Positions 28,480 to 42,494 of a DNA stretch of 64,000 nucleotides are shown one piece after another; position 1 is the stretch's first letter, and each line of letters starts with the position of its first letter. The translations under genes and the position numbers were made by a program. Origin of the DNA: Octopus vulgaris (taxonomy: Eukaryota); the NCBI GenBank assembly GCA_951406725.2, contig OX597841.1, forward strand, positions 18,724,001 through 18,788,000, written 5' to 3'. The notes beneath the pieces were generated by a model that ran no database searches, had not been told where the DNA came from, and saw only the letters and a list, made by a program, of their open reading frames with translations.

Positions 28480-30115
28480 TGGGGTGGATGGAAGGTGTGT
28501 GGTGGAGGGCGAGTGGTGTGGACTGAGGGCGTGGGTGTGAGTGGAGAGTGTGTGGTGCGGATGGAGGGGGGTGGAGCGGATGGAGGGGGGTGGAGTGGAT
28601 GGAGGGTTTGTGGTGGGGATGGAGGGATGTGTGGTGCGGGTGGAGGGTTTGTGGTGCGGATGGAGGGTGTGTGGTGCGGGTGGAGGGTGTGTGGTGTGGA
28701 TGGAGGGTTTGTGGTGCGGCGAAGGGTGTGTGGTGCGGGTGGAGGGTTTGTGGTGCGGATGGAGGGTTTGTGGTGCGGATGGAGGGTGTGTGGAGCGGAT
28801 GGAGGGTTTGTGGTGTGGATGGAGGGGGTGTGGTGTGGACTGAGGGAGTGTGGTGTGCACGGAGGGTGTGTGGTGCGGACGGAGGGTGTGTGGTGCGGGT
28901 GGAGGGTTTGTGGTGCGGATGGAGGGGTGTGGTGCGGATGGTGGGTGTGTGGTGCGGATGGAGGGGTGTGGTGCGGATGGAGGGGGTGTGGTGCGGTGAA
29001 GGGTGTGTGGTTTGGATGGAGGGGGTGTGGTTTGGATGGAGGGGGTGTGGTGCGGAAGAAGGGTGTGTGGTGCGGATGGAGGGGTGTGGTGCGGATGGAG
29101 GGGGTGTGGTGCGGACGGAGGGTGTGTGGTGCGGGTGGAGGGGGTGTGGTGCGGATGGAGGGTGTGTGGTGCGGGTGGAGGGTGTGTGGTGTGGATGGAG
29201 GGTTTGTGGTGCGGCGAAGGGTGTGTGGTGCGGGTGGAGGGTTTGTGGTGCGGATGGAGGGTTTGTGGTGCGGATGGAGGTGTGTGGAGCGGATGGAGGG
29301 TTTGTGGTGTGGATGGAGGGGGTGTGGTGTGGACTGAGGGAGTGTGGTGTGCACGGAGGGTGTGTGGTGCGGACGGAGGGTGTGTGGTGCGGGTGGAGGG
29401 TTTGTGGTGCGGATGGAGGGGTGTGGTGCGGATGGTGAGCGTGTGGTGCGGATGGAGGGGTGTGGTGCGGATGGAGGGGGTGTGGTGCGGTGAAGGGTGT
29501 GTGGTGCGGATGGAGGGGGTGTGGTTTGGATGGAGGGGGTGTGGTGCGGAAGAAGGGTGTGTGGTGCGGATGGAGGGGTGTGGTGCGGATGGAGGGGGTG
29601 TGGTGCGGACGGAGGGTGTGTGGTGCGGGTGGAGGGGGTGTGGTGCGGATGGAGTGGGTGTGGTGCGGAAGAAGGGTGTGTGGTGCGGATGGAGGGGGTG
29701 TGGTGCGGATGGAGGGGGTGTGGTGCGGATGGAGGGGGTGTGGTGCGGTGAAGAGGGTGTGGTGCGGATAGAGGGTGTGTGGTGCGGACGGAGGGGGTGT
29801 TGTGCGGATGGAGGGGTGTGGTGCGGGTGGGGGGGTGCGGATGGAGGGGTGTGGTGCGGATGGAGGGCGTGTGGTGTGGACGGAGGGGGTGTGGTGCGGA
29901 TGGTGAGCGTGTGGTGCGGATGGAGGGTGTGTGGTGCGGATGGTGGGCGTGTGGTGTGGATGGTGGGTGTGTGGTGCGGATGGTGGGCGTGTGGTGTGGA
30001 TGGAGGGGGTGTGGTGCGGATGGAGGGCGTGTGGTGTGGACGGAGGGGTTGTGGTGCGGATGGTGAGCGTGTGGTGTGGATGGTGGGTGTGTGGTGCGGA
30101 TGGTGGGCGGGTGGC
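28480..30115. repeat. G-rich ~20-bp minisatellite (ggtgtgtggtgcggatggag)
   Basis: Seen directly. Higher-order block duplications. Confidence 0.95.
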
Positions 30116-31159
30116 GTGTTTGAAGTTCTTGTACTTTTGCTGTGTGGTGTCTCTACCTCTTTGCAATATCCTCTTTTTTGTGTCTGCTCTCTTTCTGCCC
30201 ATCAATTCGCGATGTTCTTCAATAATCTCGTCTCAATTTCTTTGTCTCCTGGTTCATTTTATATCTGGATCTTGCGTTTTGGATAGTGTCACATATAGAA
30301 TTGATCCTATCTTGGCTTCTTGACCCCTCCTTCCCTGGACTCCATACCCATTGGTGCCTTGGAGGCTGTCCCTAATATCCACGCCTATTAAATCATTCCT
30401 TAGGGCCAAACTCCCGTGTCGTCTTTCATTCGTTAATCTAGGGGTTTGGTGTGGTTGTTATTTGAAGGATATGCAGAGTGTTACCGTAATATTGTAGTGT
30501 AGTTTACACTTTGGTATCATTTCTTCACCGTGAGTATTTTCTGATATTTGCTACGTTTCAAACCACGTGTCTCTATTTTAAAGCTCCCTTGAGTTTTAAC
30601 TAGACTACCTCTTATATTAACACTTCAGTATCCCTTTGGTACAATTCTAGGTTCCCAAATACACATGGTTTTAGCGTATATACACGAAATATCAAGCTTG
30701 TGTAATTTAATACCGGTTACTATTTTGTGCTGAGTGTCTACTTACTACACGACCGCTGTACTAGAAGCAAATGTTTGATGTAGCAATTTTCCTATTTATC
30801 GCTGTTGTTGTTATTGAGGTGTGTGATAAACAGTTTAACATCAATTTTTAAACAGTAGACAAAGAATTGAAAAGAACTACACGGTTGCATCAATCACCTC
30901 TGCAACCCAACATCAGATATCTTGTCCTCCAGTGACCATATGAATTCAACATCATCCCACCTACCCGTATCACCTGTTTTGAGCCTTATGTTTTCAATTT
31001 CTAAAACTTCCTAGGCTCCATTTTACCTTTTATTCCTACCTTGAATACTTTGCAACCCCTCCACCAACGCCACCACCACCGATACAAGCGAGAGGAGGAT
31101 GTTAACTTCGAACCAGAAACCTAGCTCTGATAACTGCAACAGAGTGCAGCCCGTGAAAG

Positions 31160-31740
31160 GCAGATTTGACTGCTATTTCCATCAAGCCTATCTACCATAT
31201 AGAGGGAGTCTTCCTCATTGTCTCATACATACATAAGACAGTAAGATATTATTTGAGGGTGATTCGGCTGCTATTTCTACCAGGTCTAGCTACCATGTAG
31301 AGGTCTCCATTTTTGGCTCATACATATATACGTTCGTAAGGTGTGATTTGTTGGAGCTTTGGCTGCTATTTCTACCATGAATACCTATCGTCTAGAGCAG
31401 TGCTTTTCAAACTTTTTGCTGGAGCGGAACCCCAAGGAAACATTCCACTGGCTCGAGGAACCCCTGTGCAATAATTTAATAGTCTTATGCACACATATCT
31501 GCACAGGAAAATTTAAAATTACTGCCGATTTTAGCAGTTTTGTAACTTCTTGCGGAACCCCTGGACTGTACTGGCGGAACCCTAAGGTTCCGCGGAACCC
31601 TGGTTGAAAACCACTGGTCTAGAGACCTCCTCTTCGGCTCATATGTATATATATACATACAAAAGACTGTTGAGCATAATATGCGGGGGATTTGGCTGCT
31701 ATTTCTAAACTGTCTGGCTATCATCCAGAGGCCACCGTCA
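31160..31740 (+). repeat. Degenerate ~97-bp tandem repeat (gatttggctgctatttct...ccatgtagag)
   Basis: Four units. Related units on the minus strand at ~16780-16900 and ~25770-25930. Confidence 0.7.
31398..31616. mobile_element. hAT (Charlie-like) MITE, 219 bp
   Basis: TIRs cagtgcttttcaa / ttgaaaaccactg. Perfect 8-bp TSD GTCTAGAG (31390-31397 and 31617-31624). Subterminal ggaaccc repeats. Confidence 0.92.
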
Positions 31741-31892
31741 TTGTCGCTGTGTTTCGTAGTAGTTATGGTGGCATTAATGCTAATGTTGGTGGTGTCGGCG
31801 ATTTAATTAATATTTAAGTGTCCAAATGAAAATTAAAACTTGATTAGACGGTAAATTACTAAGAAACAGTTATAGGAATATCGTAAAACAGT

Positions 31893-32130
31893 TTAGTAGT
31901 GGTGGTGGTGGTGGTGGTGGTAGTGGTGGTGGTGGTGATGGTGGTGGTAGTGGTGGTGGTGGTGATGGTGGTGGTGGTGGTAGTGGTGGTGGTGGTGGTG
32001 GTGGTGGTGGTGGTAGTGGTGGTGGTGGTGGTGATGGTGGTGGTGGTGGTAGTGGTGGTGGTGGTGGTGGTAGTGGTGGTGGTAGTGGTGGTGGTGGTTG
32101 TAATAGAGATGATGATTTCTAACTGCAAGT

Positions 32131-32219
<89 letters not shown>

Positions 32220-32266
32220 AAGAAGAAGAAGAAGAAGAAGAAGAAGAAGAAGAAGAAGAAGAAGAA
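31893..32266. repeat. (GTG)n, (AAT)n and (AAG)n microsatellites
   Basis: Seen directly. Confidence 0.95.
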
Positions 32267-33699
32267 TATATCACCAAAGTAACCATACTGTGATGGAAAT
32301 ACAAAACCTATTATACAAGGCAGTGTTGTGTTAATTATTGATGGAATTCAATTACAGTATTTCGTGTGTGTGTATTTGTCTTCGTATGTGCGCGCGCGTG
32401 TGGTTTCAGGCTTGATAAATAATATCAAATTTTCAAAACCTCTTTAGTACTCAATGTATAGAGTTGTTGATTAATTGCACGTAAAATGTGTGATTTGTGC
32501 CTGGCAAGCAAAGAAGAAATCTTGAAAATCTTCCTAATCAAGTCTTCCACGTAAACACTAGATCAGAGATAATCGGGAAATGCAGATGCATTGTGCTGCA
32601 CCTGCTGCGCAACTGTGAAACACCACCTTCATTGAACTAGAATCATATTTTGACGCAGACCGTTTTATATCTGCTCTTACAAAATGTCTTCTATCATTCA
32701 TCCCGTTTATTTATTCAATTCCATCTAGCTATCTTCATCCATTATTCCTCGGAGGGTCGTAGGATAGAATCCTCATGTGCCTTCTCCATAGGGTCCAATC
32801 AGAAGCAACCTTCCTTAGATTTTCTGGATAGATTCCCATGCATTACGAAGTGTGGCTATGGATATTATCCAACCATCTCGTTTGTAGTCTAACCCTAGGC
32901 CTCCTGCCGACTGACATGGCTTCAAGAATCTGTCTAGAAATTCTTCCCTGTTTGTATGCCGGTGCTGTGATATCCCAAAGCGGGGAAGTAGCGACTCAGC
33001 TTGGAGAAAAATCACTGATTTCCGAGGAGCATACCTTCGGAGATCCTTCGGAGAAACCCCATATTGCTGGACCAATTTGGCGACAAGCGCAAACAAGACC
33101 ACCACAAACCACAATATGAAAAGGGTTCGAAGATATAACTATACTGCATTGTCCGTCACGCAAGTTAACAAGGGACCTGTTCGAGTCTTTAGTAGAGGGA
33201 TCTGTTCGAGTCTTTAGTAGAGGGATCTGTTCGAAAAATATGCTGCAGTCTTCATCTGATGCCGGAACAAGCAGCAGTGATCTGGGAGGCGTGAGGTAAG
33301 AGCGCAAAGAATCTTTTGTTCATTTGGTTTTGCTCTTTATATCTGCCTCTTTCTCCCGTCACTGTTATCACTGGAAGGAAAGGTTACCCTCCCTATTTTA
33401 GTTAACCTTTTCTTCTTGTTTCTCCTAAAAGTAAGATTAGAGGGATGTCATAAATCGGAGGAAGGATAGAAAAAACAGACAGGCCTGATCATTTTGAAGA
33501 GTAAGAGTGAGGCAACAATGTCGGCGGATCAGAGATATGATAATAGATTAAGGGAAGAACACTGGAAGATGAGACGAACTGAAAGAATCGGTAAAGATAA
33601 CTGGTCTTTGATAACTTCTTCTAGAAATGATGGCCATTTGTGAACCTTTGGTATAGATGCAACAGTTATACATTTTAGTTTATGTCTATAGATTTTCTC

Positions 33700-34081
33700 G
33701 GAGGCGCAATGGCCCAGTGGTTAGAGCAGCGGACTCGCGGTCGTAGGATCGCGGTTTCGATTCCCAGACCGGGCGTTGTGAGTGTTTATTGAGCGAAAAC
33801 ATCTAAAGCTCCACGAGGCTCCGGCAGGGGATGGTGGCGATCCCTGCTATACTCTTTCACCACAACTTTCTCTCACTCTTACATCCTGTTTCTGTTGTAC
33901 CTGTATTTCAAGGGGCCAGCCTCGTCACTTTCTGTGTCACGCTGAATATCCCCGAGAACCACGTTAAGGGTACGCGTGTCTGTGGAGTACTCAGCCACTT
34001 ACACGTTAATTTCACGAGCAGGCTGTTCCGTTGATCGGATTAACCGGAACCCTCGTCGTCGTAACCGACGGAGTGCTCTAG
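33700..34081 (+). mobile_element. Intact-looking tRNA-derived SINE family C
   Basis: Box A TGGCCCAGTGG, box B GGTTTCGATTCC. Flanking direct repeat ATAGATTTTCT at 33688-33698 and 34082-34092. Confidence 0.88.
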
Positions 34082-35029
34082 ATAGATTTTCTGTAGAAAT
34101 GCGAGACAACACCGAAAGTTGTGACGTTTCATATACGAATACTCCTATGTAAACAATGCAAGAGAGATAAAACCGGAAATGGATGTCTAGGCATATTTCA
34201 GAGAGTTATTCCGCCTTCATCAACACCACATCCAACAATTCACGACCCACGAACGCATTGCTTAAATACTCACCAAGTTTCGTATAACAATAGTCAGGAC
34301 ATAGAGAATGAAAGGCAATGAGAAAACGGTTAAGCTTAAAGCTCTTCATTTCTACTTCTAATCCTGTGACGGTCACCAATTTGTAACGGTTGAGGATTAA
34401 TTCTTTTTACAACGGTTGGAATTAATTTGGCACACAATAATACGATAAACGATGGTTGATACTCAGTAGAATGGATGTAATTGTGCAATGTCGGGGTGGC
34501 GGTAGAGGTTTATGAATTTGTACGGTTGGAATTTAAATGTAATGGCATTGTTGTAAGATGTGAAAACTGAACAATGCATGAAGTTTTAAGGAATTATTTA
34601 TTTCACCGTTACATTGTAAAATACCTTGCCTCGACGGGCAGGTGATAAAATCGAAAACACGCCAAGTAAAGATAGCTGTCGTAGATTTTCCTTGTATAGT
34701 TTGTGTTTGTATTCTCGTCATTGTGTAGTAGTAATTACAAACAGAGATGGGGAAACGTTCTAAGAAGAAAGTGAGCTGAGCTAATGATAGTGAGAGAGTC
34801 GAGGGAAGTTGTCTGGCATAGTCACTGATTGTAACTTTCTTCTCCCCTCCGGCCGTTTGCCTGCTTGTGGCCATGATTCTAGTGGTCCGTTCACTAAGTG
34901 ATGGTCGCTCTCTACACCTCAATTTTCACTTACTAATTTCTTTTATTTGGTACACAGGCCATGACACAGAGGGGACAGCATAAAGACAAAACAAAAAACA
35001 TTTAGGGGCTGGAGTTATACATTAGTTTG

Positions 35030-37890
35030 TTCGTCTAAAAATCGAATATAATGAAATCGAAATGAATTTATAAATTAAACGATGATATATTTTCCGGGTT
35101 CGTGTTCGACCCGCCGGTCTTTTTCATTTTTTATAATACCTTTTTGTTGTTTTTTCTTCTGTTTCCCCCCCCCTTCATTTCCGTTCAGATCGACTACACT
35201 AGCGCGGCCCCATTCACTCTCAACGTCCTTACGAAATTTGTCCATCTTTTCTCAAACGTTCTTCGAGGCAGGCCCCTTTTCTCCAGACTGATCTTTCTGG
35301 ACAGGTAGTAGTTAAAAATACTAACCGACCCGTGTCCGGAGATAAAGTTGCCTGTCTCGATTCCTCTTCTACACCTCACCCATTCTGTCTCTTTCAATAC
35401 GGCGACTACGCAGAAAAATGACTCCTCCTTTTCCTTGTTAAAGGAGGCAGGCGGCACAATCTTGATGATAGACTCAGTCGATAACCGTCGATTTCGACAT
35501 AGGTTATCAGTCCCCTTAGTTTCTCACAATGTATGAAGGAGTGCGTGACAGTTTCACTGACATGCCCACACCTTGGGCATGTGGGTGAGGTACCAGCACC
35601 ATCCCTTGACAACCTCTGTCGGACTGGCAAGGCCGATCGGTAGCACAACCAGGCGCCAGGGATTTCTGGAAGTTGTCCAGATACCTTGGCCCGAATGTTC
35701 TTCCGAACAGGTTGACAAGCTGTTCCTCATCGAAGTCTAAATTCTCCCCCAGGACGTCGTCGGACATGTGCTCTACATGCGCATCATCAGCCAAGGCATC
35801 CCTAACCTACCCTTTAACGGTTTCTGGCAGCAGATGGAGCGCCTCACATGTGGTGGTGGTTTCCTATTCCACAAAAACTGGAAAAGGATCCGTTCTAGCT
35901 TGGTCATCCACACACCGGGGCAAGGCGCTAGGTTATCACAGATGCTATAAACATCTGTGCAACCTCGGCCTTCCCTAGCAAGGATAGTGACCTCCCAGAC
36001 CAAGCCTGGGTTATGGCCGTCATCTTGCCTGTGACCTCGCTCCAGTTTTTTTCCAGACCCCGAGCAGTTTAACCGGGCCCTCCGTCCAACGTCCCACGAC
36101 GCTGTTGGGAGGGATCGACTTGCTCCTTCACGTGCCGAGTTGCAAGCCGACGGATTTTTCCTGCTTAATTTTTGCCCCTGCCACCACTTCGTATCTTTTG
36201 ATAGTGTTTTCTACATGAGGTAGCTGCCCTTCATCAGACACGATGATGGTGGCATCATCCGCATATGCCGTCGCTCTCCTATCGTGACATAGATCACGCG
36301 GGTCCCCACCCCTGTGGCTTCCGACCTCTGCAGCAGTGGCTCAAGAGCCAATGCATACAGAAGCGGAGACAGGGGGCAGCCCTGGCGAACTGAACGTTTG
36401 ATAGCGAACGGCTTCTAGAAGACACCGTTCACCCGGACGATTGAATCGATGTTGCTGTACGTAGCATTGACCCATCCACGGAAAGTCGGGCTCAATCTGA
36501 CCGCCGCCAGATACCGATGGTCAACCCTATCGAATGCCTTAGACTGGTCTAAATTCACCAGTGTCCTCCCCTTTGCCAGAAACTTTATCCACCCGCTCTA
36601 CAGTGTAGCGTTTGAGGTGAAGGTTGTCGTGTATTGTCCTACCTGGGATGGCACATGTCTGTGCCTCTCTCACCAGGTCGCCCACGACAAGCTTCACTCT
36701 CTTGGCTAACACCTTGTCCAAAATCTTTAACTCTGTGTTTAGCAGAGTTATAGGCCTAAAGTTATTTTCATTCCCCTTGCTCGGGTCCTTCCTGATCAAT
36801 GTCACTACTCCCCGCCTCACAGATTTGGGAATTCTCCCGTTTTGCTGCCAGTTCGCGTATACACCGGCCAGTATGTTCCCGAACAAGTCTGGCATACTCT
36901 TATAAAATTCGTAAGGAAGACGATCCAGTCCCGGTGATTTGACCCTGGGGCACTTGGAAATCACCTCTATGACCTCCGCATCTGTGATCGGCTCTTCATA
37001 GTGCTCCACCTCACGTGCCGAAAGACACGGGCCGCCGACCAGGAAATCCCGAAGGGTATCCACCATGGTCCAGCGTCCCGCTTACCCCCGAAAGGCCTTG
37101 CACATCTCTTCTTGTCCGTCAATCTGTCCTTGTTCATTTACCAAGACATTATCGTAGCATCTGCGCCACGAGCGAGCCCACCCGGCAACGTTGATACCAT
37201 CGCGACACGGTGCTCGTACTTTAGTCCGGACCCCTGCAACCTTCGTGTTTGGCATTGAGGTGTCGGTTCAAGGCTGATCTCGCCGCCAAAACTTGGGGTG
37301 CAGAACCCACTCTCTTATGGCTTAACTAGAGACCCTTCTACTCTAGCCTCCTCTAGATTTAACTTTTTTCTAAATCTAATAGACTGAAGTCGAATGGCTC
37401 TTTTGAGGGCAACCCACCACCGGTTATTCAACATGGTGCCGGTGAGTGCCCTTCATGATAAACTCCTTAATCTGGTCACGGTATGTTTCGCAAGCCAATA
37501 GGGTCTTGTTCAACTTCCAGTTACCCGATCAATGTCTATGTACAGAGTACAAGACAAACTACACAAGGAAAAATCCCCTTCATCAGCTGTCCCTAGTTCA
37601 ACTCTAGCGTGTTTCGAAGGTAGGACAGAATCGACTCGCCAAACTAGCCCTTCCTGCGAGTGTACATGTATTTTTATCTTGTATCTATATGTACCCAACA
37701 CATCACTAATCTGTGATCCGTATAGAGTACATAAATAAACTGAGGACAGCTAAAGGAGGGCCTGTCTCTGGTATTCACTATTATCCTCTCTATATAAGAC
37801 CTGAGAGATCCGACGTTATTACTCCAGGTCCACATTGAAACGATCGGATTCTCGAGTCTGAATGGCTTCAGCAGATCGATGAGGCTACGA
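35030..37890 (-). mobile_element. Degenerate Tx1/L1-clade LINE ORF2
   Basis: [67 protein letters not shown] and CPRCG..ETVTH. Interrupted at 37542-37684. Confidence 0.88.
37542..37684. mobile_element. Fragment of the dispersed repeat at 39421-39565, inserted in the Tx1 element
   Basis: Near-identical sequence at both places. Confidence 0.85.
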
Positions 37891-38075
37891 CCTTCATTGA
37901 AAGATGTTTTTGTTAAATATTGTTATTGCTTTGGTTGAATAAAATTTGTTGGAAAAAAAAGCCGCAATAATTATGCACCAGCAGAGTATAATAAAGGATA
38001 TTTCTTGAAGAAGGCTGGAGGGCAGAAAGGCTGAAAGGTCGTTACTATGGAAACCAGGTTAAGGACACCAGTTTG

Positions 38076-38076
<1 letters not shown>

Positions 38077-38150
<74 letters not shown>

Positions 38151-38296
38151 TGTGTGTGTGTGTGCGTATGTGTGTGTGTATGCGTATGTGTGTGTGTGCG
38201 TGTATGCATGTGTGTGCGTGTGTGTGTGCATGTGTGTGCGTGTGTGTGCGTGTGTGCGTGTGTGTGTGTGCATGTGTGTGCGTGTGTGTGTGCATA

Positions 38297-38327
<31 letters not shown>

Positions 38328-38400
38328 GTGTGTGTGTGCTTGTGTGTGTGTGCGTATGTGTGTGTGTGTATGCGTATGTGTGTGTGTGCGTGTGTGCATG

Positions 38401-38461
<61 letters not shown>

Positions 38462-38610
38462 ATGTGTGTGCGTGTGTGTGTGCATATGTGTGCGTGTGTG
38501 TGCGTGTGTGCATGTGTGTGCGTGTGTGTGTGTGTGTGTGTGCATGTGTGTGCGTGTGTGCATGTGTGTCCGTGTGTGTGTGTGCGTGTGTGTGTGCGCG
38601 TGCGTGTGTG
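38077..38610. repeat. (GT)n compound microsatellite
   Basis: Seen directly. Confidence 0.97.
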
Positions 38611-38765
38611 AGTTATTGTCCCTTTCCCAGTCGTCTCCCTCCCTTCCATTCCACCCTCTCAAATCGTTTCATGTATTCTTAATATATTTTACATCAATGT
38701 ACATGTTAACTAATATTGATTTCAGTTCTATACTCTAGGGACATCGATAATAGTGTGTGTGTGTA

Positions 38766-38804
<39 letters not shown>

Positions 38805-39086
38805 GGACATGCATAGCAACATGTGTACACACACATATATACACATATTCTCTTTTACTTGTTTCACTCATTTCATTTGACTGCGGCCATGCTGGAGTAC
38901 TGCTTTTAGTCAAACAAATCGGACCCCGGGACTTATTCTTTGTAAGCCTACTACTTATTCTAGCAGTCTGTTTTGTTGAGCTGTTAGGTTACGGGGACGT
39001 AAACATACCAACATCGGTTGTCAAGCAATGGAGGTAGGGGACAAATACAGACACACAAACATATACATACACACACACACATATAT

Positions 39087-39173
<87 letters not shown>

Positions 39174-39199
39174 TGTATGTATATATATATATATACATG

Positions 39200-39239
<40 letters not shown>

Positions 39240-39720
39240 ATAAATAAAATATAGGCATACATACATACATATATGTACGTGCCTACATCTACATGTATAT
39301 ATACATGCATATATAAATATATATACGTGAGTACAGGACACCACAACTAGACGTAGAACTCAACGAGAAACGAAAACGGAAAAACAAGCATGGAACAAAC
39401 CATTTTTTTACAACAGAAAAACAGAGTACAAGACAAACTACACAAGGAAAAATCCCCTTCATCAGCTGTCCCTAGTTCAACTCTAGCGTGTTTCGAAGGT
39501 AGGACAGAACACGACTCGTCATACTAGCCCTTCCTGCGAGTGTACATGTATTTTTATCTTGTATTTTATTTTGTATTGTTATTTGTATCGTTTTTACGTC
39601 CTGTTTGTGTTACATTTTTTTTCTTTCTTTGTTTTTACCCCTCTGCGAAGTAATTTTATTTTAATTCTCTCGCAAGAAGCCTGTTATGCGTGTGTGTGTG
39701 TGTTGGCCCGTTCGCCTAGC
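39240..39720 (-). mobile_element. Dispersed repeat, probably a Penelope-type terminal repeat
   Basis: Related to 18186-18626 and 51545-51700 and embedded in (TA)n. The class is inferred. Confidence 0.5.
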
Positions 39721-40646
39721 TATCATTCGAAAGCTACAACAATGCAAGGAAGCGCATTGTGACAAGTGGTGTATAACAGCATGCAATAGTCTGCTCGATT
39801 ACATATGCACGCGCGTGTGTGTGTGCGCGTGCGTACATCCCATTACCACTTGACAACAGGCGTTGCTTGGTTTACATTCCGTAACCTAGCAGTTCGTCAA
39901 AAGTGACCGACAGAATAAGTGCCAGGCTTTAAAAGAAAAACAAAAACAGAAGAAAAAGAGGAAAATAAGGCCTGGGATCAATTTGTTCGAGTAAACTCTT
40001 CAAAGTGGTGCCCCAGCATGGCCGCAGTCCAATGATCGAAACAAGTAAGACAGGTAATAGGCATAACTTATAGACATCTGAGATGACCATGCTGGAGCAA
40101 ACTGAAGCAAATTAACCCTTGACCTTCTCATCAACACTCTTCATTCCATGACCATCCCTACAGACTGCCCATCACCTTTCCCCATTTCCCCTTCCCACCC
40201 CACACACCATCATCCACATTCCCCACTCCCACTCTTCACAATCCCCAGAACACTCTCCATTCCATGACCATCACTATACACTGCCCAACCACTTTCCCCC
40301 CTCTCCCCTCACCTACATATTATATATACATCAGGTGTATATATATATATATGCATGTGTGTGTATGTATGTTTGTATGTGGCTGTACATCAGTGTGTGT
40401 GTGTGTGTGTGTGTGTGCGTTGGTTCCCAGTGATCACTTGCCAAAAAGCTTTCCAATTCCGAAACAAAATAACGTTTTAAAACTTCAAAAGGATAAAACG
40501 TGCGCCCGCCACACACATACACAATATATATACATATGCATATATATACATACATACAAATACTTACATATATGCATACATAAACATATATATATACATA
40601 CAAATACACACATGCAAACATATATATATATATATATACATGTATG

Positions 40647-40760
<114 letters not shown>

Positions 40761-41119
40761 TATATACATGTATATATATATACATATATATGTACACACA
40801 CATACTAACACATATACATACACACCTATATACACATATAAATACACACATATACATGTATATAGACAGAGATGTATATATGTATATATACATAGACACA
40901 CGTACTTGGAAATTGATAAGTTTTGTCGAATGAATGTGTGCCAAGAATAAAATGTTGAGCGAAATTAACGGCAGAGAGGAAGGAAATTAGCGAAATGCAA
41001 CAGCCCCTGGCGAGAACGCTAGCGTACAACACAGGTGAACTTTCCCAGATAATCTAGCACACGCTGCAGTGGCATCACAGTTGCTCCAGATGGCCTGAGC
41101 CGATATTGTATTGAAACGA

Positions 41120-41530
41120 CGGCGAGCTGGCAGAAGCGTTAGCGCGCCGGGCGAAATGCTTAGCGGTATTTCGGCTGCCGTTATGTTCCGAGTTCAAATT
41201 CCGCCGAGGTCGACTTTGCCTTTCATCCTTTCGGGGTCGATTAAATAAGTACCAGTTACGCACTGGGATCGATATAATCGACTTAATCCGTTTGTCCGTC
41301 CTTGTTTGTCCTCTCTGTGTTTAGCCCCTTGTGGGTAGTAAAGAAATAGGTATTTCGGCTGCCGTTACGTTCCGAGTTCAAATTCTGCCGAGGTCGACTT
41401 TGCCTTTCATCCTTTCGGGGTCGATTAAATAGTACCAGTTACGCACTGGGGTCGATCTAATCGACTTAATTCCTTTGTCTGTCCTTGTTTGTCCCCTCTA
41501 TGTTTAGCCCCTTGTGGGCAATAAAGAAAT
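41120..41530 (+). mobile_element. SINE family B, partially tandem
   Basis: tRNA-like head plus gactttgcctttcatcctttcggggtcgat core; the body is duplicated. Confidence 0.88.
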
Positions 41531-41908
41531 AGATATTGTATTGAATATAATACTCAGATACGCATACACGGATACAGTAGAGACGATGTGAAGGAGACGC
41601 CAGCGTTCGCTTCCGAGACGACAATCTCCATGTTCCCTGGGAATTTCCCAACCACCGACAAGAAACACTACAGTCTAAGGTAATGTGGAATATAGTGTTG
41701 TGTTCAAATAAAAAATCTATTTACGTATAGTCGCAGTCAACTGAAACTATTAAAAGAATAAAAGTATATATTTGGCCATGCTGGAGCCCTGAAGGGTTTT
41801 AGTTGAGTAAATCGACCCCAGGACTTTACTCTATCGGTCTCTTTTGCCGAAGCGCTAAGTTAAGGGAACATATACATATAAACACCAGTTGTCAAGTATA
41901 CATAATAC

Positions 41909-41961
<53 letters not shown>

Positions 41962-41962
41962 T

Positions 41963-42260
41963 ATCTTCTATTATATAAAATCGTTCTGTCTGTCTGTGTG
42001 TCTTCTAAGATCTCGGGCATCCTCCATCCGATTGCGCTCAAATTTTATATGTAGATACCGACGGTATCATGGTGTGTATAAGTTTTAAAAAAATACAAAA
42101 ATCGATCCCAGGTGAGAATGCGATCGATAAAGCCGTGGAAACGTGCCAAGCTTACTATTTAAACCATGTCTGTGTTCTCCCAGTCAACAGCTTTATCATT
42201 ACTGGTACTTTAAACTCTTCGGTTGCATATTTGTGTGAATAAAATCGTTTTGCTTATACG
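41963..42260 (+). mobile_element. Helitron-like 5' end fragment
   Basis: TC start, tattatataaaa, (gtct)n and ccgattgcgctcaaatttt. Confidence 0.55.
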
Positions 42261-42360
42261 ATATATATATATATACATATATATATATCATGTTGATTCG
42301 CTAGCTTCTGCACGCATTTTTTTTCTCTCCTTGTTTCTCTCCGTGTTTCTTTTCTGTGTA

Positions 42361-42398
42361 TCTTTCTGTTGAAGAGCGTAGGCTCGAAACGTAAAAGA
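42361..42398 (+). ncRNA. Variant minimal hammerhead-like motif
   Basis: tcttt-CTGTTGA-a-gagc(gtag)gctc-GAAAC-GTA-aaaga. Confidence 0.5.
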
Positions 42399-42494
42399 CT
42401 TGTTTTATTTATATTCCTGAGCGCCATACTAATACAATTGTTTGTTTGTACTCCACCTGCCTTCGTCTTTTGTTTATTTTCGTAAAGCTTCCCG

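Noticed and set aside
26714-30323. His/Thr/Pro-rich and Gly/Cys/Trp-rich ORFs of up to 654 aa
   Set aside because: Open in several frames on both strands because the repeats lack stops.
33700-33775. tRNA gene
   Set aside because: It is the head of a SINE with a body and TSD. The same applies to 48515-48589.
34770-34930. Minus-strand ORF MATSRQTAGGEKKVTISDYARQLP as a gene start
   Set aside because: No recognisable domain or clear splice donor.
39455-39545. Hammerhead from the minus-strand GAAAC...CTGATGA (also 37575-37660 and ~51566)
   Set aside because: The core words are present, but I could not build consistent stems I-III.
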